Shown here one piece after another: positions 24,145-37,000 of a stretch of 64,000 nt of DNA (position 1 is the first letter of the stretch; every line of letters begins with the position of its first letter). This DNA comes from Mobula hypostoma (lineage: Eukaryota), in contig NC_086110.1 in assembly GCF_963921235.1 (NCBI RefSeq), positions 9,486,001 to 9,550,000 on the forward strand, read 5' to 3'. The notes under the pieces were generated by a model that ran no database searches, had not been told where the DNA came from, and was given only the letters and a program-made list of their open reading frames with translations. The translations under genes were made by a program, and so were the position numbers.

Positions 24145-24610
24145 GAAAAGGGATAAATATTTAATGAATATACTGCGGTGGCTGTTAAAAATATCCTTAC
24201 CATGAAATGGTTATCACAGGAGGGCCCTACTTTAAATGTATGGATGGAAATTACAATGGACATTTACAAAATGGAGAAGATAACTGCATCTGCTAATCAT
24301 AAGTTGGAACAATTTAATTCATACTGGGAAAAATGGTTTAACTGCATAACACCTCAGAGGCCTGATTTTATTCTCACTAGTCAATGGATATTTTGCAAAA
24401 AAAAAAGATTACTCCCTACTTTGTACATAGTTTTCTTCTTGCGATTGTTCTTTCTTTCCTCTCCTTTCTATAAGTGTATACCTCAGATAAATATTACGTG
24501 GAGATTTGTGACAGACATGATTATATGATATATATGTACAGTATCGGAAATACATCTTATGGAAATGTTTGTTTGATGATGTACTTCAATAAAAATAAAT
24601 TACAAAAAAA
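24145..24610 (+). mobile_element. L1/Tx1-like LINE 3' end
   Basis: KWLSQEGPTLNVWMEITMDIYKMEKIT, near-identical to 28390-28780; ends in AATAAA plus an A-rich tail. Confidence 0.75.
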
Positions 24611-27224
24611 GATGAAAAGAAGCATTCCCAAAACGGAAACCCTGTGGAGTCATCTGCAGCCAACCAGAAAAGCCCCTCTGTATTTTCACACTTTGTCTCC
24701 TGCTAGTCAGCCAATCTTTTATCCATGCTAGTATCTTTTATGTAATGCCATGGACGCTTAACTTTTTAAGTTGCTTCATGAATAGCACCTTGTAAAAAAC
24801 CTTCTAAAAGTTTCTGCAAGACTTTCCTTTTATCAACAAATCTCACTTCAGCTGGTTTGGCTGAAGCAATCAAACTTCTAAGCAAACTGTATGCTTTTGC
24901 ACCTATTATGCTCAGCAAAACGGGCACCTTCTTTTCGTTAGCTATTTAATTTGCTTCCACTGCTCATTTTGTTCATTATACATTATGTAGTTATCTCTTG
25001 CGTAATCAAACACATTTATATTTCTGCTGTTGCAAGCCAATTTTGCTTTTAATTATTTATTATTATTATTTCCGGCACTCACTGTTTATGAACCTGTGAA
25101 TTCATCCGTTTGCTGCCTTTTAAAATCTACCATTTCTGAAGAAATACGTGTTGCACTCTGTTTTTAACTCTTGCGAAGACAAAAACGTGCTGCGTTTCAG
25201 CAGATAGGTAGTCCTCTCTGGTTAATTGTTAAAGTACCTCATCACCTCCGTTATATTTTGCAACTGGAGAAACTAATTAAAAGTTAAACACGGTAACTGC
25301 GGATAAGTGTGTCTACTTCATTCTACTTCAGTGAGGTGTGCTCATAGGACATGTTGCTGTAATCAGACAAGGCATTCAAGTACTTTACATTAACCCATAA
25401 TAAATTATGTAAACAACGAGTAGTACCCTATCAAACAATGTATTTACAATATTAATTAAATATTACTGAAATATTAAGTACACAACACGTTTTACTAATG
25501 TTGAAGTGTTATTAGCGTTTAACTTGGAAATTGTATTGTCTATCAATTCCTGTATTGTCGTAATGTGGTTGGTGATTAATCAAGTTAATAAGCAATTTGA
25601 TTATCCACAATGTTACCAAATAGTGAATATCTGCAAAGAAAAATTGGATTTCATTGTTCCAAGTTCAGAACAATGTGGCGATAGGGACCAGGCTGGTTTC
25701 GCTGTGCACAAGTAAGAATAATGTGTCTTTGGGGAAGAAGTTTGAGTTTTCAAAGTCCAGATAACCGGCGATGATACTAGTGGGTTTAGCCCTGTTTCCT
25801 CAGAGCCCTAGTTCTAGACTCTCTCACAAGAAGAAACATCCTCTCCATCTCCATCCTGTGAAGATCCCTGAGGATCATATACATTTGAATCTCTCCCTGC
25901 AATCACGAGGATAGATTTGAACTAAGTGTGCAAAATGTTAAAAAGAGTGGAAGCAGCAAAGTGATTTCCTTTTGTTCAAAGGCTGAAGAATGAGGTGACT
26001 GAATCCTTAGTTAAAGTTAACAGATCAAGAGTAAACGCATGGGGGAGTTTTCAACACAGTCCTGTATAACTGGAATTCTCTCCACCCAAAGTAAAATTGA
26101 GCCTTTCCAGGCAAAAATCGGTCATTCTTTGTTGTTTGGGGGTTTCACGAGACTGATGAGTGCACCTGACCGAGGTACAGACAATTAAGGATTTCATCCA
26201 GAATAGCTTTGTGGAGTTCAGTGGCTTCTTTCTGCTCAGAGTGATACCGAATTAAAGAACAATTATAAATCAGTAGTCTTTCCCAGTAGCCCACTATTTA
26301 ACACTGTTGAACATTCTCAGTAAACTGCACGGAATTGTGAATCTATCCAATGGCCTATTTTAAGTTGCAGTGTATGTTACAGTTCTGGCAATGAATAACA
26401 AGCTCCAGTCGGCCTGTGTGGCCATTGTAAAGACTGTGGTGAAAAGGGAACACAAATACTATAGCAATAAGCTGACTTCCATGTCAGCAGTTAACCCTAA
26501 AAACACTGGTCAAGTTCCTTTGTAGAGATCAGAGCCTTGTAGTGTGGATATTAAATAGGGAAGAGCTGGCTGTGAGGGTGAGAATATTTGTGCAGGTTCA
26601 TATGCCACATGCGAGGTTGAGACATGTGTAGGGCAACTCACCATACAGAATAACTCACAGATTACCTAAGAGTTCATTCTCTACGTTTTCCCTTATGTAA
26701 CCCTATGAATTATCCTTCTCGAATCTGTATAAGGCATCGTCTACAAGTTCGTGTGAGATCTGATCAAGTGTAATGGTGCACTCCAGATATAAGCAATGTG
26801 TTGCAATTCAAAGCAAGACTCATTTCCTTTTTGGCTCTTAGAGATCATTTTGGAGTCATTACATCATAGATAGTGCAATTATGGATTACGCTTTCAAGAA
26901 ATGAAACCTGTAAACAGTTTAATTAGTACATATTCATGGAGCCATTCCTCAACACTGTAATATAAAGGGTGTTTTCGGGTGTCTGGCTTTGGAACAGACA
27001 TTAGCATTGAACATTTCAAATGGATCTGCTGGATTCTACCACTGTAGAATCAGACATTAGAGGTAGGTATAATATCACTGATAATGTCAAGCCAATTGTT
27101 ATTTTGTGCCCCCAGGACAGTGCAACACATGTATTGCAATTATATATATACTGTACACAGTGCCTATAAAAGGAATTCGTCCCCAACCCCCTTGGAAGTT
27201 TTCATGTTTTATTGATTTACAACA

Positions 27225-28780
27225 GGGTTGTACACGGTCACCGCTACTTTTCGCATTCTATCTGGAACCATTAGCTCAATATAGCAGACAAAATGAAAAT
27301 ATCAGGAGAATTACAATGAAAGGGACACGGCATAAATATGGCAAGGTAAAAGGCCTAGGGTTCGTCTCAAAACTTTGCAATTAGCAACGGAAAAGAGGTG
27401 ATGGGGTCTACCTTCTCTTAGAGATTATTATTTTGCAGCACAGTTGAGAGCTGTGATATGCTGGTGCAACGCATCATATGATACTCAATAGAAAAATATT
27501 GAGGAGAGAATACTTTCCATCCCCACACAGGATATCTTGGCTGATTACAGCCTACAAAGTAATATAAATAATATTGACAACCCATGGATGAAATGGACTC
27601 TTAAAATATGGAAAACTATTATAAAAGTATACACATTAGAAGGAGATATTGCAATTCTTAAATGGTGTGCATACGACTTGGATTTTATGCTGAATAAACT
27701 GGATGCTAGATTAAGGACTGGACAGCTAAAGGAATAACAGCTATTTGCAATATAATGAAATAAGGAACACTGTTCAGTTTTGAAATACTCAAAGAGAAAC
27801 ACTTATTAGAAAAACAAGACTTTTACCGGTATTTACAGATGCGATAGTATGTTAATTGGACGGTTAAAAATGGAACCAAGGCAAGTACATGTCTGATAGA
27901 GCTATTTAGAAAAAGCAGACTATTCAGACAAGCTTAGTAGAATAATTTCTACTAAGGGGTTGTCAAGTCTTAAAGCACATTCGACTTCATACATTAAAAC
28001 AAAATGGGAGAAGGAAGGAGGGATAATAATATCTGAGGAAGACTGGACAATAATATGGCGGTATCAATGGAAGTGTACCAGTTCACAGAAATGGAGGGAG
28101 TTCGGGTGGAAAAACCCTCTCAGAAATCTCATTATGTTAGTAGCCCCTCCCCCCCAATTTTCTGAAGAAATTGTGGAATCAAAATGCAAACCATTATCAT
28201 ATTTTCTGGGAATGCACCGTTATCAAAGACTATTGGAGTGGGATACATAATGCCCTATAAGACATCTTTAAATGTGAAATACCCTTAGAGAGTAAGAGCG
28301 TATATTTTGGGTATATGCCTCAAGAATGGTTGAAGAGAGATAAATATTTAAAGAATATATTGCTGGTGGCTGGTAAAAAGTCCCTTACCAGGAAATGGTT
28401 ATCACAGGAGAGACCAACTTTAAATGTATGGATGGAAATTACAATGGATATTTACAAAATGGAGAAGATAACAGCATCTGTTAATCATAAGTTGGAACAA
28501 TTGTGTTCATACTGGAAAAATGGTTTAACTACATAACACGTCATAGGCATGATTTTATACTCAGAAGCTAACGAATATGGTCTAAAAAAGAGATCACTCT
28601 CTACTCTGTACATAGTTTTCTTCTTTCGATTGTTCTTTCTTTCCTCTCCTTTCTATAATTGTATACCTCAGCTAAATATTATGTGGAGATTTGTGACAAA
28701 TATGATATATATATGTAGACTATCTGAAATACATCTTATGGAAATGTTTGTTTGATGATGAAATTCAATAAAAAAATTAC
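27225..28780 (+). mobile_element. L1/Tx1-like LINE, 5'-truncated ORF2
   Basis: QQGCTRSPLLFAFYLEPL (QGCP.SPLLF-like) and the ORF2 C-terminus followed by an A-rich tail. Confidence 0.8.
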
Positions 28781-29121
28781 AAAGAAAACACAAAATAAGT
28801 GATTGCATAGTTTTCACCCCCTTAATATGACACACCAGATCATCACTTGTGCAGCCAATTGGTTTTAGAAGTCACATTGTTAGTTAAATGGAGATTTGAT
28901 TTTGGAGATCTGTGTGTAGTCATGGTGTTTCAATTGATTATAGTAAAAATACACCTGTGTCTGGGAGGTCCAACTGCTGCTGAATCAGCATCCTGGCAAA
29001 AACTACGCTATGAATACAAAAGAACACTCCAAGAAACATCGTGAAAAGGTTATTGAAAAAGCAGAGGTCAGGAGAGGGATGCAAGAAAATTTCCAAGACA
29101 CTGTATATACCTTGGAGTTCA

Positions 29122-30000
29122 TCATCATCATCATCATCAGATGCCATGCCCAGTTTGAGCTTTGACTGCCATGGCCACACACTCCTTTTTCCGATCAAGT
29201 GGATCAATTCATTGCTATTCGTTTCCAGTTCTCTGGCTGCTGTCTCCATCATCATTTGTCTTTGCCTTCCTCTTGTTTTCTTCACTTCAATCTTTCCCAT
29301 AATTACCGTGCATTCTAACTCCTCTTTCTTAATCACATGTCCAATGATGTTACGTTGCCTTTTCATGATCTCATACATTATTTCTCTTTTAGTTCTTGCT
29401 CTGTTCATGACATCCTCGTTAGATATCCGTTTCGTCCATGATATTCTTTGCATCCTCCTCTAAACTACATTTCTGCTGCTTCAATTCGTTTCCTCATGTT
29501 AGTAGATATTGTCCAAAATTCTGAGCCGTATAACATAACTGGATAAACGTAACGTTTCAGTACTCTGAGGCGGGCTGTCATGCCCAGTTTAGTGTTGGTC
29601 AGTATACTCTTCATTCTCGTGAAGGTGTCTTTTGCCATCCCTATTCTTCTTTTGATGTCCTTGTCGCACCTGCCATCTGGTTTCATTCAGCTTCCTAAGT
29701 AACAAAAGTTCTGTACTTGTTTTATTTCTTCTCGTTTATTCTCAGCCTGCAGATAGGATTCCCCTTCTTTTTGGATATCACCATACATTCCGTCTTTTTG
29801 CAATCGATCGATAGACCCATTTTTGTACTTTCTTCAACAACTATACCAATTAAGTTTTGTAGTTCTTCCTCCGTACTTGCAATTAACACTGTGTTAATCT
29901 GAAATTACTGACGTTTTCACCGCCAACTATGATTCCCGTGATGTCTCTCTTTTTTTGTAATATTGTTTCACTGTACACATTAAACAAATCAGGGGAAAAG
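29122..30000 (-). mobile_element. RTE-clade LINE 3' fragment inside the Tc1 transposase
   Basis: LYGSE.W, RIEAAEM and GRQRQMM motifs; (GAT)n tail; 11-bp TSD CTTGGAGTTCA at 29111-29121 and 30001-30011. Confidence 0.88.
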
Positions 30001-31005
30001 CTTGGAGTTCAGTTAAGTCAATCATCAAGAAATGGAAAGAATATGGCACAGCTGTAATGCTGTCCAGAACAGTCCGTCCACAAAAAATTGAGTGCCCATG
30101 ATAGAAGAGGAGTAGTGAAGGAGGTGAACAGGAGCCCTCTGATAACTCTAGATGGGTTACAATCTTCACCTCCTGAGACGGGAGAGACAGCGCATGCAAA
30201 AGCTGTTGCCTGGCTTCTTCCCCAGTCGCAGATTTATGGGAAGGTGGCAAAGAGAAAACCACTTTTCAAAAAAAAATCTCACATGAAATCGCGGGTAGAG
30301 TCTTCTAGAAGGCATGTGGGAGACTCTGAAGTCAGCTGGAAGAAAGTTCTATGGTCTGTGAAACCAAAACTGAGCTTTTAGCCATCAGATCTATCGCTAT
30401 GTTTGACGTAAGGCAAACACCACCCATCATCAAAACACACCATCCCTACTGTGAAGCATGGTGTTTTGCGTCATGCTTCACTGCAGCAGGCCCTGGAAAG
30501 CTTGTGAAGGTAGAGGGCGAACTGAATGCAGCAAAATACAGGGGAATCCTGGAGGAATACCTGATGCAGTTTGCAAGAGAAATGTAACTTGGGAAAAGAT
30601 TTGTTTTCCAGCAAGACAATGACCCAAAGCATAAAGCAAAAGCTACATAGGAATGGCTTTAACACAAGAAAGCTGAAGTCTTGGTCAGACCCCAGACCTC
30701 CATCCAACTGAGAATTTATGATTGGATTTGAAAAGGGCTGATGACTCACTGTCCCAGTGCAATCCAACAAACTTGAGCAATTTTGCGGAAAAATTGTGTC
30801 GACCAAAGACCTAATAGAGACCTATCCAGACAGACTCAAGGCTGTAATTGCTGCCAAGCGTGCATCTACTAAATACTGACTTGAAGGGGGGGGGGGGGGT
30901 GAATATTTATGCAATTAATTACCTTCTGTTTTACTTTTGTTCCTACTTTAGATCACTTTCCAGAGATCTGTTTTCACTTTTCCCTGGGAAATGGTTCACT
31001 GCTAA

Positions 31006-34000
31006 TGTAATGGTATTTCTGTAAAAGAAATGTTTTGGGTTATGGTTAGAGATAACGGATTGTTTGAAATGTGAGTTGGTTCTTTTGTCGAACGGGAAAG
31101 GAACAAAGAAGAAACTGGAGCGAACTGGTCGTAAGATACGACCCGGTGGGGAGCCCGTGATTCGATGGAGCCAAGCGGCGAGATCAATTGAGGATCGGTG
31201 AATTGATCCCCAACTTGTGAACATTTGACTGTTTAATTATAATGGGCCCTGTTTCTTTCATTTCTTTACTAACCCTTTAGTTCAGTTTCATAAATATAAT
31301 TCTTACACAGCATTCACAGAAACCGGGGTTTGGGGTAGGAGATCCGTCTCAATCTTAAGAGTCTGGAGGGACCTAGATCTACGCAGGCGAGGAAACCAGC
31401 AAGGTTTCATTTGTGGGGTATCGTCCCAGATCGGTTTCGTTGGATGCTTTCTGATTGCCTTGACCATTGATCCGGTGGCTTGCCTGTTTAACCCTGTGTT
31501 AAACTATTGTTCAATAAAGTGATTAAGATACGTGGCTACGGACGCTGCAGGGGCTGAGCGGTGGTGCGAATCCACGGGGTTACCGGTAACAAATGCGTGT
31601 GTATTGATTACATTCGTAATCCTAATGAATTGTTAATTCGGATTTTAAATACCGTTAAAGCATTAGGAACAGTTTCGATCATGCAGCAGATGGCTGACAG
31701 AATGGCGGGCAAAGAATTTGTTATACGTACTTCGGACTTGCGCTGACGTAATGGCATTGAAACTGCCTGGTACCACTGGGGCTCAGGGATAGGGAGGAGC
31801 GGACGTGGGCTCTTCATACTTTCCGGGAGGAGGGGAGTGTAGGAGAGCCTGCCGAATCGGAAGCCGAGTTTCCCTTACCTGGGGGGTGAGACAGTAAGGA
31901 CAAGTAGCTCTCGTTTCTGCGGAGCGAGGGGAAGGAGCGGTATGATGTGAAAGGTCTAATAAGTCCTCCAGCGTGGGGTGAGCATTCTGTGTTGGTAGCG
32001 ACCCTTACCTTTCTGGCTAATAAACGGCAAATGCCTAGGTTCAGAGTCCCAGCCAGGGTAGGCAAGAATGTTCTCGGGACATGAAGCCCACCCCTAAAGG
32101 GGAAGAGTGGTATAAGACAGTCCTCTCAGATGGTGTATGAGTGGTAGTGCTCTGATGACGTAAAAGATAACGATGGCATATAGAGTTTGAGGCGGACAGA
32201 TACGGACGTAGTGAGATCCCTAATGACACAGAATCCCTTTGCTACCTCTGCAGGCTACACACAAGCGCTAGAAAATGCTGTTGGCGTGCCGGGAAACACA
32301 AAGGAACTTATGATGGGGTTCTAGAAAATGTTTCAGGAGAAAGGGGCGAAACTTTCCGCCTACAGTTTTCGGTGAGAGAGGTGGCTGAGTTGCCTGCGGC
32401 TAGGTGGTGATGATGGAGGTGGTGGAGGTGCGGGGGGTGGGGGTGATGGACATTCAAATGACTGAGGTGAGTCAGTTAAGAATGGGCCAAGTGGCGAAAG
32501 GCGCTCTGTCATAGGTCTTGATCGCTTGGGGTCTCCAAATGTCTCGTAAGACGCACCCCTTCCCTCGTTTGTCGAGGTGATCAGAGAACTAAAAGAGGAG
32601 GATAATGCGATGGAGGCGCGGGAGTCCTCTGTCAGCAGGGTACAGCCCTCGGTAGTAGCCTCTTGGCTGAAGTGACCACTGATAGCCCACGCTGGGGAGT
32701 GGCAAAGGAGCTTATGGCAGAGTTTAGGACTGAGATGTCCCGCTTGTGACTGGCGGGTACGGCCACACCGCACGATAAAACCGACACGGAGTCGAGGGGA
32801 CGGACTAAGCAGAGGGCTGCAAGCGAACCGGGCCTTGCGAGAAGAAGAGCGACCGGTATTGTCAATTATAACCGTGGTGAAGAGGGACATTTCGGGCGGG
32901 TGTGTGAAGGACTGGAAAACACTCGGTGAGGGAGTTCCCAGGTACCGAAGCGGAGAGACCCAGTGAGGGAACGGTGTGACGTATCGTGGGGGAACACGTT
33001 TCCAGCAATATATCAAGGAACACCCTAAAGCAAGAAACCCGATTCCTGAAGGCTTAGCGTGGCCAAGCTCCAGTGTATCGCTACGGATTGAGGGTATTAA
33101 TGCTAGAACCATATCTGACACCGCTCTCAGGTTACTCTGCTCTACCGTTCTTTTTATAAAATATATTTGACGCATTTACCATTGACGCCATTCAGTGCAC
33201 TGGAGATCTAGGGTCTTAGTACGGATTACTATCCTTATGATGGTTATTTGTCATTGAAGCTGGAGTATGCGGAGACAGATGAAGGAATAGTCATTCAACT
33301 TTAGGGACTTCGCCGTACCTGGAAGTTGGAAGAAGAGGTTGATAGAGAAGATGTTGAAGCTGGAAGATGTATTTTCTACTGACGAGTTTGATGTGGGTTG
33401 TTCAACACCATCCGGGTTACAGATGATACCCCGTTCAGAGAAAGGTCGCGGCGATCGACACCTGCAGAGGTGGAGGATGTTCGGCAGCATCTACGAAAGC
33501 TGGGATCATCACTGAGTCTAGAAGCCCCTATGCATCCCCAATAATAGTGGCCAAGAAGAATTAATGAAAGGTACGGATGTGTGTGAACGATCGGACTCTA
33601 AACAGCTGTAGAGTCCCCGACCAGTATACGGTCCCGAGAATCGAGCACCCGCTGGCCTGCCTGAGTGGTGCGAAGTGGTTCAGTGTGCTGGACCTGAGGA
33701 GTGGGTATTATCAGATCCCCATCAGTGAGGTTGATAAAGAGAAGACGGAATTCATGCGTCCACTGGGATTCTTCCAGTTTGAAAGGATGCCCCATTGCAT
33801 AGCGGGAGCGCCGGCGACTTCCCAGCGTATCATGGAAAAAACGGTGAGGGTTATGAACTTGCTTGAGGTATTGGTGTACCAGGATGATCTCATTGTGTTC
33901 GGTTCCACCTTTAAGGACAATGACGCAAGGCGACTGCAGGTGCTGCGCCGCCTGAAAGCTGAAGGGTTAAAACTTTCCCAGGGCAAGCGCCATCTGCAAG

Positions 34001-37000
34001 ACATCTGTCAACTACGTTGGGCACATAGCCTCACAGATGGAGTAGCTAAGATCCATCTAAGATAGAGGCTGTGACCACATGGCCAAGGCTCCAGACTGTG
34101 AGAGCCTTGTGCTCGTTCCTTAGATTCTGTGGGTACGATCGGTGGTTCGTGAAGGACTACTCTAAAGTGAGTGACCCTTTAAATCAGCTTATATGCGGTT
34201 ACCGTACCTTGGGGAAGAATGGGATGCGAAATGTAAAGAGGTCTTTCTGATGCTGAAGGAGCTGCAGACGAAAGCACCTTTACTGGCTTATGCAGACCCC
34301 CGGTCGCCTTATGTATTGCATACAGATGCCAGCAGGGAGGGCTTAGGGGGTGTTCTGCATCAGGATCAGGGCACAGGGTTGAGATCTGTCGCGATTGTCA
34401 GCCGGAGTCTGTCACCCTCTGATCGAAACTACCCTCTGCACAAATTGGAGTTCCTGGCATTGAAATGGACTGTGGTGAATAAGCTAGGAGTCATGGCCCC
34501 GTCTGGCAATTCCCCATCTTGCTATTACCTCCTTAATTGGACCTTAATCCCCTCGTCTGATTTCCAATCATCCCCAGTTCCACTATTACAGCACAACTGG
34601 TTCCCATTAGTGAACATAGGATAAAACTCGGGCGGCACAGCCATGCTTTGCCAGTTCGTTGGTCGACTAGTGTGAGTAAACCTCGTTTCCTGGTTCCTTG
34701 GGACTGTCAGTTCTAAGCTCCGCATCATTTCCCGGATCTCGGTGTAAAGACTCTCCCGTTCGCGGTGGTGCTAACGCCTCACGACACTGCCTCCGTGCCT
34801 GCGTCCTGCACTTGAGTTCGTCCTCAGCCTCATCCTTGCAACAGAACGAATTGGACAAGAATGAACCCAGCGGACACGGACCCCGTGCAACAGGCCCTTT
34901 CCAGCCAGGGCTACCCACTGGAAGCCCACGACCAACTGCTCAGAAACGTCACGGAAAACCTTTGTGCGCCGTCCAAGAATGTGAGGAAGGTCAGTGAGCA
35001 GATTGACCCGGTATCCGCTTCCCTTACTCCAACCCTTCCAAGAACCCTGACTGACCAAACCGCACAGACTGGGATGGCTACGCCACTTGATCGGCAACAC
35101 AATCCCCTCGAGAAGCGTACGTACCCGAACCGGAACCCTACTCTGGGGACCTAGAGAAGTGCCGGGCCTTCTTATTACAAGGCTCTTTTGTCTTTGAGCA
35201 ACAGCCACGTGGGTACATCTCGGACGGATCAGAGATTGCATACATCATGGGGCTGTTCCGAGGGATGCCCTGGCACGGGCCACCGCGATCTGGGACAATC
35301 GACCAGGCGTCTGTTACTCCTTCCCCTCCTTCGTCTCCGAAATGAGGAAGATCTTTGAACAGCCCATTCCCGGCAATGACGCCGCTAAGCGCTTGCTAAC
35401 TCTCTGTCAGGGTTCGCGAAAAGTAGCAAAATACTCCATCGAGTTCCGAACATTAGCGGCGGACCCTGAGTGGAATGACGAGGTACTGCGGGAAGGGTTC
35501 CGACAGGGCCTCTCAGATACGGTAAAAGATGAACTCGCAGCGAGGGATGATGCGGATAGCCTGGACTCTCTTATCTCTCTAGCTACCAGGCTCGATAATC
35601 GCCTTTAAGAGCGTCTGACAGAAAAGACCAGTGGGCTTCTCGGGTCAGCCCACGTCCCACCTTACCATCTTCAGCCAATCTTCCTTCCCCAGCCGCTCCA
35701 AATATAGCTCCTGCTCGGACCGTCCCTACTATCCTGGGGAAGGAACCGATGCAGCTGGGACGGAACCGTCTCTCCCCTGCCGAGGAGGCGGAGAGCTGGG
35801 GATTGTTACTATTGCGGCCGCAGACCTTTTCGTCCGCCACGTTTTCCGCCTCCACGGAATCCCCGCTGACATCGTCGCCGATCGAGGTCCCCAATTCATC
35901 TCGCAGGTGTGGAAGGCCTTCTGTCAAGCCTTAGGTGCCTCGGTCAGCCTGTCATCCGGGTTCCACCCACAGACGAACGGGCAAATGGAACGGGTCAACC
36001 AAGACTTGCAGGCGACGCTACGTAGTATTACAACCAACAATCCCTCTACCTGTATTGCCAACCTCGCGTAGATTGAGTAAGCCCAAAACTCTCTGGTTAG
36101 TACTGCCATCGGAAGGTCTCCCTTCGAGTACCAACACCGCTGTTCCCCGCGCAAGAAGAGGAGATTGCAGTGCTGTCTGTTCAGGCCCGTATCGTTTGGT
36201 GCCGCAAGGTTTGGGAAGACACACGCACGGCCCTGCTCAGATCAGCCGACCGCGATAGGAGGATTGCCGATTGACGCCGGACTCCTGCGCATGTGTATCG
36301 ACCTGGGCAGATGGTGTGGCTTTCATCTGAAGACATCCGTCTCAAAAAGGAGCCGAAGAAACTCGCCCCTCGCTTCCTGGGACCTTTCCGAATCGAAAGT
36401 ATCATCAACTCCACAGCAGTCCGACTTAAACTACCAAGATGTATGCGTATCCACCCTACTTTTCATGTTTCCCAATTAAAACCACTTTCCTTCAGCCCCT
36501 TGTGCTCTCCGACCGAAACCCCTCCACCCGCCCGTATCATCGACAACCATCCGGCATACACCGTCCGGCGGCTACTAGATGTGCGCCGTCGGGGCAGGGG
36601 CCTCCAACAGCTGGTCGACTGGGAAGGGTACGGCCCAGAGGAGCGTTCCTAGGTTCCCCGCTCCTTCATTCTTGACCCCCCACCCCTCCATCCAAGACTT
36701 CCATCGGGACCATCCGGACAAACCTGGACATTCGCCTGGAGGCTTCCGTTGGGGGGGTGGGGGGTGGACTGTCATGGTCCCGTCTGGCAATTCCCCATCT
36801 TGCTATTACCTCTTTAATTGGGCCTTAATCCTCTCGTCTGATTTCCAATCATTCCCAGTTCCACTAATTACAACACACTCTCTAACATAGGATAAAACTC
36901 GGGCGGCACAGTCGTGCTTTGCCAGTTCATTCTAATGTGAGTAAACCTCGTTTCCTGATTCCTTGGGACTGTCAGTTCTAAGCTCCGCATTATTTCCTGG

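Larger units (their letters stand above)
27158..30980 (+). mobile_element. Tc1 transposon split by L1/Tx1 and RTE insertions; right end incomplete
   Basis: Left end CAGTGCCTATAAAAGG..CCCCCTTGGAAG at 27158; transposase pieces at 29010-29121 and 30001-30860 (KVLWS, QDNDPKH). Confidence 0.75.

Noticed and set aside
32360-33175. 271-aa minus-strand ORF
   Set aside because: Antisense to Gypsy gag, with no domain signature.
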